Positions 25,405-38,505 of a DNA stretch of 64,000 nucleotides are shown here, piece after piece. Under the pieces are notes generated by a model. The model was not told the origin of the DNA. It did no database searches and saw only the letters and a program-made list of their open reading frames with translations. This DNA is from Octopus sinensis (lineage: Eukaryota): the NCBI RefSeq assembly GCF_006345805.1, contig NC_043003.1:51460001-51524000 (forward strand), given 5' to 3'. A program made the translations under genes and the position numbers. Position 1 is the first letter of the stretch; the number at the start of each line of letters is the position of its first letter.

Positions 25405-25439
25405 GTTTCTGATGAAGAGCTCCGCTCGAAACGTTAAAC
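25405..25439 (+). ncRNA. Minimal type I hammerhead ribozyme motif in a Penelope-like repeat
   Basis: GTTT-CTGATGA-A-GAGC(TCC)GCTC-GAA-ACGT-T-AAAC: stem I GUUU/AAAC, stem II GAGC/GCUC, palindromic ACGU stem III. Confidence 0.65.
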
Positions 25440-25526
25440 CCTCCTTCTTGAGTGTCCAATAATACTATATTTGTTCCACGTCCTCATGTTGTTGTGGTTT
25501 CTCTTTGTGTTTTCATGTTTGGATTA

Positions 25527-25563
<37 letters not shown>

Positions 25564-26566
25564 ATACAATTTTTTTTTTAAATATTACCAAGTAACAGGC
25601 GTAGGAGTGGCTGTGTGGTAAGTAGATAGGTATAGGAGCGGCTGTGTGGTAAGTAGCTTGTTTACCAGCCACATGGTTCGGGGTTCAGTCCTACTGAGTG
25701 GCACCTTGGGCAAGTGTCTTCTACTATAGCCTTGGGTCGACCAAAGTCTTGAGTGGATTTGGTAGACGGAATCTGAAAGAAGCCCGTCGTATATATGTAT
25801 ATATATATGTGTGTATGTATATGTTTGTGTGTCTGTGTTTGTCCCCTCAACATCGCTTGACAACCGATGCTGGTGTGTTTATGTCCGCGTAACTTAGCAG
25901 TTTGGCAAAAGAGACCGATAGAATAAGTACTAGGCTTACAAAGAATAAGTCCTGGGGTCGATTTACTCGACTAAAGGTGGTGCTCCAGCATGGCCACAGT
26001 CAAATGACTGAAACAAGTAAAAGAGTAACATATCAAATTTTATACTATCTTAAATAATTAGAAATGAATTTTTTTGTGGGGATGAGCAATTTTCTAGGCA
26101 CCAATAGATGAAAAGGATGTTTAATTTTTTTCAATTGATTCTGAATCTGGAGTAAGATTTTCTTTAGCACTCTCTGTTCATGAGATACTGAGCAGACATC
26201 TACAAACATTCATCATTTTTTAGTCTGCAGAGAACTGGCTAAAATTTGCCAATTTTTATAATTATACCATATGTTACATATATATTACATCATATCTTGA
26301 TACTGTGTGGAGTAAGATCCCCGTTGACAGACCACTGGCATTTATAGAGGGTTAAACACTTTTAGCATGCAAATTAGGGACTCCTTCAGAGAATAACTAC
26401 TGCTTTGGCTGCTTGTTTCTCTGGAGACTGTCAGAATGATATAGACACCTCTGATGAGAACCCAATAAGGTTTAAAAATCAATTAAGGCTGTTCATCATT
26501 TATTTTCAGTCTGTAGAGAAATGGCTAAAATTTACCCCATTTATAATTATACATATGTTACATATA

Positions 26567-27846
26567 TCAGGTCAGCCCATAAGTTCTGTCCGATTTTACC
26601 TTTTTTAAAATTGAATGAAATTTAATAGTATTTTAGAATGTCTAATGGAATTCTAAATTATTTTTATGCATTTGTGTACATTTAAACTAATTAAATATCA
26701 TTTCACAGAATAATAGAATTAAAATTTGTTTGATTAAAACCCTTTCTAACATGGAAGTATCCAAAGAGCATTTAAGGCACATAATGCTTTATGAGTACAA
26801 AAAAGGAAACTCTGCTGCTGAAGTGACTCAAAACATGCACTCAGTTTATGGGAAAGAATGCTTGAATGAAAGAACTGGTAGAAGATGGTTTGCAAAATTC
26901 AGAAGTGGAGATTTCAGCCTTGTAGATGAAGATCAAACAGTACATCCAGTTGAGTTTGTGATAAGCTCCTTGAGGCATGACTTGAAGAAAATCCTGCATT
27001 ATCAGTTGAAGAATTGGCAATAAAGCTTAGTTCAAACCACACAACTGTTCATGGTCATCTTCAACAACTTGGAAAGGTTCCTAAACTTGGAAAATGGGTG
27101 CTTCATGAATTGTCCGAAAGCATCTGCAAATCCTGAGTTGACATTTGCTCTTCTCTCCATTCTCGCAAACTCATTTCACCATTTTTGGATAGACTGGTGA
27201 TGAAAAATGGATCTTCTATTGAAATGTTAAACGTCATAAACAGTGGTTTGATAAAAGGGAAAAAGCTCATCCACAACCGAGAAGGGAACTTCATGGGAAC
27301 AAGGTTCTTCTCTCTATCTGGTGGGATTGCAAAGGAGTAATTCACTTTGAATTGTTACCACCTAATGCAACAATCAATGCTCAAGTTTACTGTCAGTAAT
27401 TAGTGTTCAAACCAAGCTTTGAAGAAAAAAAGACCTGCTTTAGTGAATCAAAAAGGAGTGATGCTGCATCAGGACAATGATGACCCCACACTGCAAAGGT
27501 CACATCACAGAAGATCGAAGAGCTTGCTTGAGAAAAAATTCCTCATCCACCTTGTTTTCCCAACCTTGCTCCTTCAGACTACCATTTGTTTCATAGTTTA
27601 CAGAATCATTTAGGAGACATAACTTTCACAAGCCAGGAAGAGGCCGAAACTGACACTTCAGAGTTCTTTGCTTTGAAGCCAAAAGAGTTTTACATTGATG
27701 GGATTAAAAAGCTTGTAAATAGATGGAAGGAAGTCACAGATAATCAGTGGAAGTACATTGATGATTAAATTTCAATTAAATATAACAACATTTGATCACT
27801 TGTTTTCTTTATTCAAAATTCGGACAGAACTTATGGGATGACCTGA
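26567..27846 (+). mobile_element. Full-length (~1.28 kb) mariner with TIRs and TA TSD; transposase disrupted
   Basis: TIRs tcaggtcagcccataagttctgtccga / tcggacagaacttatgggatgacctga; MEVSKEHLRHIMLYEY, WVLHEL, TGDEKW, LHQDN and LAPSDYHLF motifs. Confidence 0.93.
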
Positions 27847-27870
27847 TATATATATATATATATATATATA

Positions 27871-28084
27871 CTGAGTTGGTGCATAATTATTGTGGTTCTT
27901 TTTCAACAAAAACATCTTTAAATGATGGTCTGACCGTCTGCCAAGCAAATGGGAAGCAGTAATTGAAGTAGATGGTGAATATGCTCTGGAATAATCATTT
28001 AAAGATATTTTTGTTACATGCTGTTATTGTGTTTGTTGAATAAAATTTGTTGAAAAAAAGTCACAATAATTGTGCACTCCCACA
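27871..28084. mobile_element. Small mariner-type MITE
   Basis: Imperfect TIRs ttggtgcataattattgtg / cacaataattgtgcactcc, flanked by (TA)n. Confidence 0.55.
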
Positions 28085-28089
28085 AATAT

Positions 28090-28145
<56 letters not shown>

Positions 28146-28349
28146 GAGCAACCCAAAAGTAGGTTTACAGTTATTCAACTATTTCTTTCACATTCATATA
28201 TTAACAGATTAGATGTTAATTATATAAAAATATGAAACCATTATTCTATGCTAATTTAGTTAATTCTAAGATAGAAATTTAAATGTAATAAAATGTTTTA
28301 AAAGAAATTTAAGTGCCTACATGATAACTGTAAACCTACTTTTGGACCA

Positions 28350-28476
<127 letters not shown>

Positions 28477-31400
28477 AAGAGAAGAGATTTAAAAATAAAA
28501 CTTACACTTATGAAAAGTTACAAAACAAAATAGGGAAAATTTTACAAGGGATTTCAAAAACACAATTTAGATACTATAAATGAAGATACATATCGATTTA
28601 GAATTTAAAAAAATAACTTCTTTGAACTGAAAATCAATGGAATCAAATCCAGAATATTACTGGTACATATTTTATTGGTCATAGAGTGATGGAAGGTACT
28701 GTGACCCTAAGAAGACTAGAACTCAAAATGTAGAGCGATGATACTAAACACTCTATGTTCAACACACAACCACATCTTCCAAATAGTTAATTGCTTCTAA
28801 TTTAAGCACAATTTGCAGGGAAGGGAACAATCAATTAAATTATCCTCAGTACTTTACTGATTATCAACTGCAAAAAAGATGACAAGTTCACCTTGGTAAG
28901 ATTTGTACTGAGAATGTAAAAGGACAGTTTATTTCCATAAGGCATTTTGTCCAACATTCTACTACTGGCCCTAATGATAATGATTATAATGGTTTCTAAC
29001 ACAAGGTCATAAATTTGGAGAAAAGGGTTAACCAATTAAAACAAAACCAGTACTTGACTGGTACTTTAATACCAGTACTTTAGTTTTATCAGTCCTCGAA
29101 AGATGAAAGGCGAAGTTGACCTTGGTGAAATATGAACTCAGAATGTAATGAGTCAGAAGAAATACCACAAGGTATTTGTCTGCCATTCCACTAATTCAGT
29201 CATTCACTATTACTTAAGAAAGCATGAAATACATCTACTATGAGTTTTGCTTTTAATGATGATGATGATGATGATGTCCTAGTACAGGAGCAAAATACCC
29301 ATGGGTAGCCTGGACCACAAATGCATTTCAAAAAGAAAAGAATTAAAAACTTTATTATACAAAATAATAATCTCTTTATGTTTGTTTGATGGGGCAAGAA
29401 ATAAAATGAGTTTGCTAAAGAAAAAAAAAATGGTAACAGTGGCTGCTGCTCAGTATACATACAAATATAGCACTTGGGGGATAATTAGGTTGCTGGTGCT
29501 ACAGCTGTTTCTATGCTTGAATGTGTTTGTCTTTGTTTTTGTCTGTGGTGAATGGAAGAGATAGGTTTGTTGATTTTTTTTTAATGGATAGTTTGTTGTG
29601 GTGATTAGAGCTAGCTAGCTGAACAGACAACCTTCAAAGATTTTCCAAACCCAACCATGCTGTCTAGTTAAGATCTGCATCTAGAACTACATTATTCAAT
29701 GTACCCTTCCTCCTCCTCCACCACCTTATCATCATCATTTAACACCCATTTTTCCATGCTTGCAAGGGTGGGACTATTGTATAAGACACTTGGCCAAGGT
29801 GCCACACAGCAGGACTGAATCCAAGGCCACATAATTGGAAACCAAGCCTCTCAACCACACAGCTACACCTGTGCATATTCCTTGCGTAGCCAGGTAGTTT
29901 TTATTTTAAATCGTTATTTTGTTGTAAGTGGCTTATGAGTGTACTCTGTACACAACCTCTTATATTCTGTAAATCAGTGACAAAATATTGGCAACCCAGG
30001 CAAGTCTGAAATAAGTTTTGGATGAATCTATTGAACTGTTTGTATACCTCTGTTCTTGATTCTTTCTGTTTGCCAAATGCATTACCTTTGATTATTCAAA
30101 GTATATTTGCATTTTTTACTGTCTTCAATGTGTGTTTTTGAATGTTGTAGGTCATTATTATCATCATCATCCTTAAATATCTGTTTTTCCATGTTGGCAT
30201 GGGTTGGACAGTTTGACAGGATCCAGTGAGCCACAAGACTGCATCATATTCCATGTCAGTTTTGGGATGCTTTCTATAGCTAGATGCCATTTATAATGCC
30301 AACCACTTTATAGTGTGTGCTTAGTGCTTCTTTTGTGCCAACAACACAAGTGGGTTGCCAAGTAAATTGCAAGACAGGATAGAAGAAAAAATTAAAAGCC
30401 CTCACAACTAAGTGCCAGGGGCAAACAGAGGTGTCTTACTTTAGGGAAAATACACATGGACAACCTACTTTATAGAAGGATTGTTGGAAGTATCTGGGGA
30501 AAAAGATAAAATGGGAGCAATGGTGTGTCAGATCAAGACGAGATGATATGAGCAGTGGATAGGAGGGGGGAGGATCAGGAGTCCTAACATGTTTATTTTG
30601 TGTGTCTATGTTGTTTGGTTACTTTTAATGTTGTGCTACTGGTAAGAAAGCAGATAGTGGATCTGATAGGTGTTACTCTAAGTCTTTATTGTGGAGCCAG
30701 TTATATATATAGATGGTTAATTGGTGTAAGTTGGAGTAGTTGCCAGCCTGTCTGGAGAATGTGAAATATGTGTGTATGATGTCAACCCCATAAGAAGCTG
30801 TATGTTTGTGTATGAATGTGTGTTTTGAAGAGATGTAGGAAAATCATAAATTGGATTAAGTGAAAGGATACACTCCTGCGTTACTCTGTATTTTCAGCAG
30901 AGAGATTCTAGAGTTGCAAAATCTGTCCTTCAGTTGTAACCAGTTTTACAAATTTATTTTTGTCTGTTCAATTACTTCATGTTGTTTACTTTAAAAATAC
31001 AAATGTTATTTAAAATATCAATCTATATCGCATTTTGTTTTTAGCACTTTAAATGCGATTAAAAATAAAAGATTGAACAGACATTTTATTCTCAAGAGAT
31101 CTAAAAGACGCTGGATGGCAAATAAGAAGCAACTGGTGTGATGGACAGTTAAAGTAAAACAGAAATCAGTCATTGAAAATCAAAGCAAAGAAAATCTCAC
31201 ATTTGTCACATGTCTTCAGACTATTTACAAGTTTGATACAAGTTTGTTGTTAATAAAAGATTCAGTGAATTCTTTCAGTATATCTCATATTTCACATTAT
31301 TGTTTTACCATCTACATTACCATGTTTGTAAAAGTCAGGCAGGATTAACTGATGCAAATTTTGTAGTCGGATGCCCTTCCTGTCACCAACCTTTGCTTAT

Positions 31401-31883
31401 TCCAAAGCAAAGTAAATAGTCTTTCACAGGAGATTGCAAACAGCACCACTTGTATGAGAGTAATATCTTTTAACAATTAATGCTTGATGCCAAAACAAGG
31501 AGACTGAAATATTCATAATCATAACTATGCAGACACATGCATAATATACAACAGGCTTCTTTTCAGTTTCCATCAATCAAATTCACTCACAGGGTTTTTA
31601 GCCAGTCCATACAGTGGCTTATAGTAAGACTGCACCTGAAACTACATGGCTGTAGATGTATATGTGTGTATACGTGTGTGTATGTGCTGTGTGTTGTGTA
31701 TGTTAGTGTATAAGTATGTACATGCATACACATATGAGTATGTGTAAATATATATATATTATATATGTATGCATGTAAAAATAAAATATAAAAAAAAGAA
31801 TAAATAGTATAAAATAAAGCAAATTTGAATTTTGTCCCTAAAAAGAGTGTCATATATATGTATATGTATGTGTGTGTGTATGC

Positions 31884-31923
<40 letters not shown>

Positions 31924-32840
31924 TGTATATGTATGTGTGTGTATATGTATGTATGTATGTAGAGATGGATGAGCGTATATGTGTGTATACTTTATGATTA
32001 TACGTATATTTGTATGTGAAGGTGTCTATATGATTGTGTACTTGTATATATGTATAAAGTTATATGTGCATATATGTATCTAAGACGTATCCATTCACCG
32101 TTAGACGGTGGTGAGAGAGACAAACGCACACACACACACACATGTGTGTATGTATATATATAAATGTATATGTGTGTATATATACAACCTTCAACAAGGT
32201 AACAGTCATGTATACAACTTGAACTGACACATATCATTACATAAACATACGTTCACATATACATACGCATGTACACACACAGACACGTTTACACACTCTC
32301 CTAATACATGCATAAGTACATAGGTACATACATACATGCGTATAGGCATGCACACATGCATGCCTATACACATACACGTACACACATACATACATATGCA
32401 CATACATACATACGTACGTACGTACATATATATATATCATGAACTAACTGTTACTTTCTCAGATGGAGCACGAAGCTTTGTCAGTGAACAGGTTGCGATC
32501 TCAAAGCGACGAGAAGTGAAGGAAATGAAAGGAAAATACATAATACTGTAGTGATAAAATTAAAAATCTATGTTCATTATCACACAAAGTCATTTATGTT
32601 TAAAATAAGGTGATCTATAAGGAGAGTCTTTAAAAATTCTCTCTACACACTACTTATATAAATACTGTAAAGTCTGTATGCATTTTTAAACAGCCTGTGT
32701 TACACTTTAGCAAAATCGTCTAAAACTGTTGATAGAACTCAACAAATAGAGGGGTTTTCTTTTTTCAGTTCCACACACAAATACTGCTACTGTGGTTAAA
32801 AATATACCACTGAACTGTGGCATTAATCTGATTCTGGCAT

Positions 32841-32920
32841 CTAATATTCTGGACTTGGTGGTTTTGGTTGGCCAAGCATGTAGTCATCGAAAGGCAAAGC
32901 TGTTCCTGAACTGATGGAAT
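32841..32920 (-). CDS. MCPH1: Microcephalin last coding exon: DSISSGTALPFDDYMLGQPKPPSPEY-stop
   Basis: Pyrimidine tract ...ctctatttccag|; W-x-x-DS completes BRCT3; TAG at 32843-32841. Confidence 0.88.
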
Positions 32921-34061
32921 CTGGAAATAGAGAAGATAGAAAAAAGATATGTCAGTGTACAAGGATCTTGTGATATTATCATCATCATTTAACATCAGTT
33001 TTCCATGCTGGTATGGACTGGATGGTTTAACAGGAGCTGGGAAGGCCAGGAACCACACCAGCTTCCATTGTTTGTTCTGGCATGGTTTCTAAGGCTGGAT
33101 GTCCTTCCTAATGCCAATTACTTTACAGAATCTACTGGGTGCTTTTTATATGGCAGTAGCACCAGTATCAATTCTAACTGTGGTGGATGGGTCTTGTTGT
33201 GTACAGCAAGGTGCCAGATTTCTCAGTCCTTTGTCATCTCCTTCGTAAGGTTCAGTGATGTGAGATCAGCCTTCAGTACTTCATTCCATGATTTTCTGTG
33301 TATCAATAAAAAAAATGCTGCTGCTGTTGCTCTTACAATTTACAAACCTAGTTACCATACGAAAAGCAAAGTGTATGGCAGCAGAGCAATGGATGAGAGA
33401 AAGTCTATAGGAGAGAAAATGACCCCTCTCAGAAAGAAAACTATTGGAATTATAGACAACATTCCTTTATGACTTCACCTACTATTTAAACAAAGATGGA
33501 AACACAACACCCAGGACCTTTTGCAGGGCCTTGAGAATGATAAAAGCAAACGAGGAAACCTTAACCTTTTTAGCATTCAGATTACTCTGAATGCCTTTCA
33601 GCATTTAAACTGACCACATCCATCCCAAATATTTTACCTGTTTTATGTTCAAACTGGTTAGATCTGGCTTCTCACACCTACCCAACAATGTCATTCTAAA
33701 AACAAACAGTCACATCATCGAAATATGTGTATGTATGGAAGTGTGGATGTGTGTATGTTTGTGTGATAGATGAAAATGAGTGTCATTCCCTCTCTCTCTC
33801 TCTTTGGGAGAGGCACAAGCACCTACACGCACATATACACACACGGCAGTAACTTCCACCTACCGAATTCAATCACAAAGCTCCGGTCAGCTCGGGGCTA
33901 TAGTGGAAGACACCTACCCAAAGTGCCACGCAGTGGGACTGAACCCGAAACCATGTAGCTAGGAAGCAAGCTCCCTAACCACACAGCCATGCCCGGGGCC
34001 ATGGGGAAATATCACCTTGTTTGAAAAAAACAAAAGAAATACTATACCAAATGAAACTTAC

Positions 34062-34149
34062 CAAATATCCAAAGAGGAGTAACACTAATCATGGATGGAT
34101 GATACTCCTCACCAATATAGATACTAGCATTACATATGGTGTTCTTCAC
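34062..34149 (-). CDS. MCPH1: Microcephalin exon: VKNTICNASIYIGEEYHPSMISVTPLWIF
   Basis: A-S-I-x-I-G...W motif of BRCT3; phase 0 to 1. Confidence 0.88.
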
Positions 34150-35519
34150 CTGTATAATATAAAAAGAAAGGCTGTTAATATCAGTGCTATTTCAATAAAT
34201 GTATTATTGATAGGGGCTTCTTGTACATGAATCGATTATATAAATATGTGTAAGTGCAGTGTGCTTAACAACCATAAGGCTTTTGAATAAAAGATTTAAA
34301 TTATACTTGTGACTCTTTTTTCCCAAAGACACAGAAGTCTGATGCAGGCTCCTGTCTGACAAGCTCCTGTCAAACCATCCAGTTCATGCCAGTATGGAAG
34401 GAGGATGTTAAACAATAACAACGGTGAGTGGAGGTGCAATGGCCCAGTGGTTAGGGCAGCGGGCTTGCGGTCATAAGTACACGGTTTCAATTCCCAGACC
34501 GGGCATTGTGAGTGTTTATTGAGCAAAAACACCTAAGCTCCACGAGGCTCCAGCAGGGTTGGGGTGGTGAACCCCACTGTACTCTTTCAGCACAACTTTC
34601 TCTCACTCTTTCTTCCTACTTCTGCCACAAAGCAGAGGAACTACAATGTGGTAAACTCTCAGACCCTAGTCTAGATATTGAATCCTCTGTACCCCAGGAT
34701 GGTTCAGCTCTCCACCTGTTAAAAGCTACTGTTTACGGAATGACAACGTAGCTTTCGCACCCGTGCAACTGCCAGTCTATCACGTGTGGTGGGTGGATCT
34801 TCAAGTTGCCACACGCATTCTTAGTAGCTTAGAGTAGGCTCGAATTGGAGATTATTCTTTGTGGCTAATGACGTGGGTCCTGATTGGAAGAAGAAGAAGA
34901 CAGCAATTGTGATGACAACGATGATGAGTATAATCATACATCTTCCCTACAGTAAGACACTTGTTTCTATCTCTCTATCATACTTTAACCTCTCATTACC
35001 TGGCACAAAGCCAAGCCACTTCCCTCAGTACTACACCCCTTAGTTGAGTGGGCCTTGTCTTGTAAGTTATTTGATGACTTCACTGGTGCAGCTGCCATGT
35101 AAAAAGTGCCCAGTACACTCTGTAAAGTGGTTGGCATTAAGAAGAGCATCCAGCTGTAAAAACCAAAGTAGACACTGGAGCTCGATAATCCTCTTGCTCA
35201 CCAGCTCCTGTTGAACTGTTCAATTCATGCCAGCAAGGAAAACAGATGTTAAATGATGATGATATACACTGATATAGATATACATCTAAGAGTATAAAGA
35301 TACAATCATCCTCCATATCATGGAAACATTGTGCTCTTAAAAAACTTGCTGTAATGTGGCATTTAATATGAAACAAATTTTACCAAAGATTTCCATATTA
35401 GATGGAAATCGATGAACATGGAATTCAATGGGAAAATACACCTTATGCTATGAAATTCCATGTTTCATTACAAAAGTATGTGAATGTGATCCTTCTGTAA
35501 TGCAAGGGATGTCTGTATA

Positions 35520-36410
35520 TGAATACAGATATAGGTACATATATGCAGATATATGCATCACTGGAGAAAGTGCCAATCCCTAGCAGTTGAGGGAACCCGT
35601 GGAAGAGGTAGACCCAGGAAAACCTGGGACGAAGTGGTGAAGCACGACCTTCGGACGTTAGGTCTCACCATGGAAATGACTAGAGACCGAGACCTATGGA
35701 AGTATGCTGTGCGTGAGAAGACCCGGCAAGACTAGTGAAGCCATAATCCATGGCCCCTACCTGGGACGTAGTCAGTCCACCTGTGCATACCTTCCTTCTT
35801 GTGACACTTGTGAAGACCTGTTGAGGCAAGTGAGAATCGAATCGAATCGAATCAAATCAAATCAAATCAAATCAAATCAAATCAAATCAAATCAAATCAA
35901 ATCAAATCGAACCAAATCAAAATAGATGAACATCAATGGAATTTGTATCCTTGTGGTACCAGTGCCGGTGGCACATAAGAAAACCATCCGAACGTGATCG
36001 TAGCCAGTACCGCAACGACTGGCCTCCGTGCTGAGGGCACGTAACAAACACCATCCGAGCGTGGCCGTCCGCCAGCCCCGTCTGGCACCTGTGTCGGTGA
36101 CACATAAGAAAACACCATCCGAGCGTGGCCGTCAACCAGCCTCGTCTGGCACCTGTGTCGGTGGCACATAAAAAACACCATCCGAGCGTGGCCGTCTGCC
36201 AGCCTCGTCTGGCACCTGTGTCGGTGGCACATAAAATCACCCACTACACTCTCGGAGTGGTTGGCGTTAGGAAGGGCATCCAGCTGTAGAAACACTGCCA
36301 GATCTGACTGGCCTGGTGCAGCCTTCGGGCTTGCCAGACCCCAGTTGAACCGTCCAACCCATGCTAGCATGGAAAGCGGACGTTAAACGATGATGATGAT
36401 GATGATGATG
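35520..36410 (+). mobile_element. Composite RTE-3'-fragment/SINE with (AAATC)n and a 63-bp tandem array
   Basis: GRGRPRKTWDEVVKHDL...RDLWKYAV peptide, pentamer repeat, three 63-64 bp units at 36049-36238, SINE body and (GAT)n tail. Confidence 0.75.
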
Positions 36411-37039
36411 TACAATGTCAGTGTGCATGTATGACAGAGTATAAGTATCTTGAGAGAAAAGTTGGGCATAAGAAGCATCAGATGTGGTGTGCAAGAGAGA
36501 CATCTGTGCTGGTATGGGAATGTGATGTGTATGGATGAGGACAGCTGTGTAAAAAAAAAGTGCTGATTTCTACCTGTGGACGGAACTTGTAGAAGATGTA
36601 GATACAAGAAGATGTGGGATTGAGGTGGTGAAGTATGATCTTCAAACGTTGGGTCTCACAGAGGCAATGACAAGTGATCGAGACCTTTAAAAATTTGCTG
36701 TGCTACAGAAGACTCATCAAGCCAAGTGAAAATTATAGTTGTGACAGTGATGCTGACACGTAAGATGCTGGTGACACACAGAAGGCACCCACTACACTCT
36801 TGGAGTGGTTGGCATTAGGAAGGGCATCCAGCTGTAGAAACCAAACCAAATCAGACTGGAAACTGGAACAGTTCTCCAGTTTACTAGCTCCAGTCAAACT
36901 GTCTAACCCATGCCAACATGGAAAATAGATGGTAAATGATGATGATGATGATGATGATATGAATATATGTCAACCAGTTCAACACACTGTTTCCATTGTT
37001 AAGAATGCAGTAGACATCACATGACTTCTAATAACTTAC

Positions 37040-37171
37040 TTTTCCTCCACACAGCTGCAATAACTGAATCAGATCCTTCTTTGGTGGAGCCTTAACAGCA
37101 GAGACATAGATACTCCCACACTTATCGAACACTTTAGGGCCAGAGTTGAGCTGCTTCTGTTCACGATATAA
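37040..37171 (-). CDS. MCPH1: Microcephalin exon, BRCT3 start: LYREQKQLNSGPKVFDKCGSIYVSAVKAPPKKDLIQLLQLCGGK
   Basis: PP...L..L..LCGG motif; acceptor ttattatttacag|, donor AAA|GTAAGT. Confidence 0.9.
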
Positions 37172-37511
37172 CTGTAAATAATAACAATGCAAAAAGATAA
37201 CCTAGGTAGAATAAAAACCAGTGCATCAACACATGCACGCACAAAACATTCATAAATGTTACTAATATATACAAAAGAAAAATAGGAGAGACAAAGGCAG
37301 AAAGAGTATAGGAAGAGTAATGTCAGAATGTCAGAAAGGATAACTCTATGTTTACTGGTAAGAGAGAGGGTAAGTGATGTGTTTCTGTACAAATATTAAC
37401 AATAACAACAATTTCTTAAATGGATATGAAGTCTCTAGCAAGTAGAGTTGAAAGTTTTGGTGAAAGACAAACACAACGCTAGATCACTAAATCTTAGCAG
37501 CATAACCTTAC

Positions 37512-37589
37512 CTGGGCCACAGGATAGCTAGCAACCAACTCAAATTTATTTTCATCCAACCAACAGCCAGCCTCCATTGATGCTGACAC
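37512..37589 (-). CDS. MCPH1: Microcephalin exon: VSASMEAGCWLDENKFELVASYPVAQ
   Basis: Matches human VLWSLELGHWISEEPFEL; canonical splice sites, 78 nt. Confidence 0.9.
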
Positions 37590-38342
37590 CTGCAAGGACA
37601 AAACTCATATTTACTTCTATGACATCAAAACATAATAACATCACAGCATCAGACAGTACAGAGCTAGCTACAATAGGTGTTTCATGATATCCAATTCTCT
37701 GTGCGGTACTTAATTACTGCCACAGTATCTAGTCTACTATATGGTTCCATAACTTTCATATAGCATCTAGTTTACAATAAACTGCCTAAACTTTGAAATG
37801 GTATCTTGTTCATTCTATGGTACATTTTTCACTACATGCTGTCTAAACCTCCATATGGCACCTAATTCATCATATGCTACCAAGACTTCCACATGGTACT
37901 GAGTTCATATGGTACACCACATGCTACCCAGTGCACCATAGTTTAGCATATAGTATGCCTAGTTCAATGTATGGTACCTAATCCACTATATGGTATCTGA
38001 CTGGATGCTAGTTATATAGCATCTAGGTACCTAGTTGACTATATAATATCTAGTACCTATATATATATATAGTCCAATAAATAAGTAGTAGTATGAAACA
38101 GTAGAATTAGTTAACCCTTTAGCATTTAAACCAGCCAAATCTAGTCCAAATATTCTATTTGTTTTATGCTTAAGCTAGCCTGATCTGACCTCTCACAGCC
38201 ACCCTACAAAATCATTCTAAAAATAAACAACCACACCATCAAAACCTCAAATCTATGAGACAATGCATAATTAATTAAAAAAAATAACATCTGACAAAGG
38301 AATTTGAATTCTAAATGTTTAAAGAATGAAATCTTGACTTAC

Positions 38343-38505
38343 CCATTCTTTACTGACAAGCCAGCATCCCTGAGAAAGAGCAAAGAGCACGTTGAGTGTA
38401 CGCCTAGGCATACCACAGATTACATGTGTCGTGGACTTCTTCACATTGTCACTGATTACGCATTCACCCAGGGTTTTGGCTACAGATTTCACCATTTCTT
38501 GATCT
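38343..38505 (-). CDS. MCPH1: Microcephalin exon, BRCT2: DQEMVKSVAKTLGECVISDNVKKSTTHVICGMPRRTLNVLFALSQGCWLVSKEW
   Basis: TTHV...RTLNVL...GCW...W is typical of MCPH1 BRCT2; phase 2 to 0. Confidence 0.95.

Noticed and set aside
30898-30940. Acceptor ttttcagcag| as an alternative last exon of gene A
   Set aside because: Gives only a few codons, lies 7 kb away and has no distinguishing support; left unresolved.
36049-36238. CRISPR-like periodicity (also the 37-bp array at 52670)
   Set aside because: Whole units repeat with no unique spacers, in eukaryotic context with no cas genes.
35933-36370. Repetitive 107-145 aa ORFs (MCHRHRCQTRLADGHARMV repeats)
   Set aside because: Antisense translation of the 63-bp tandem array in a SINE; the same peptides recur at many SINE copies.
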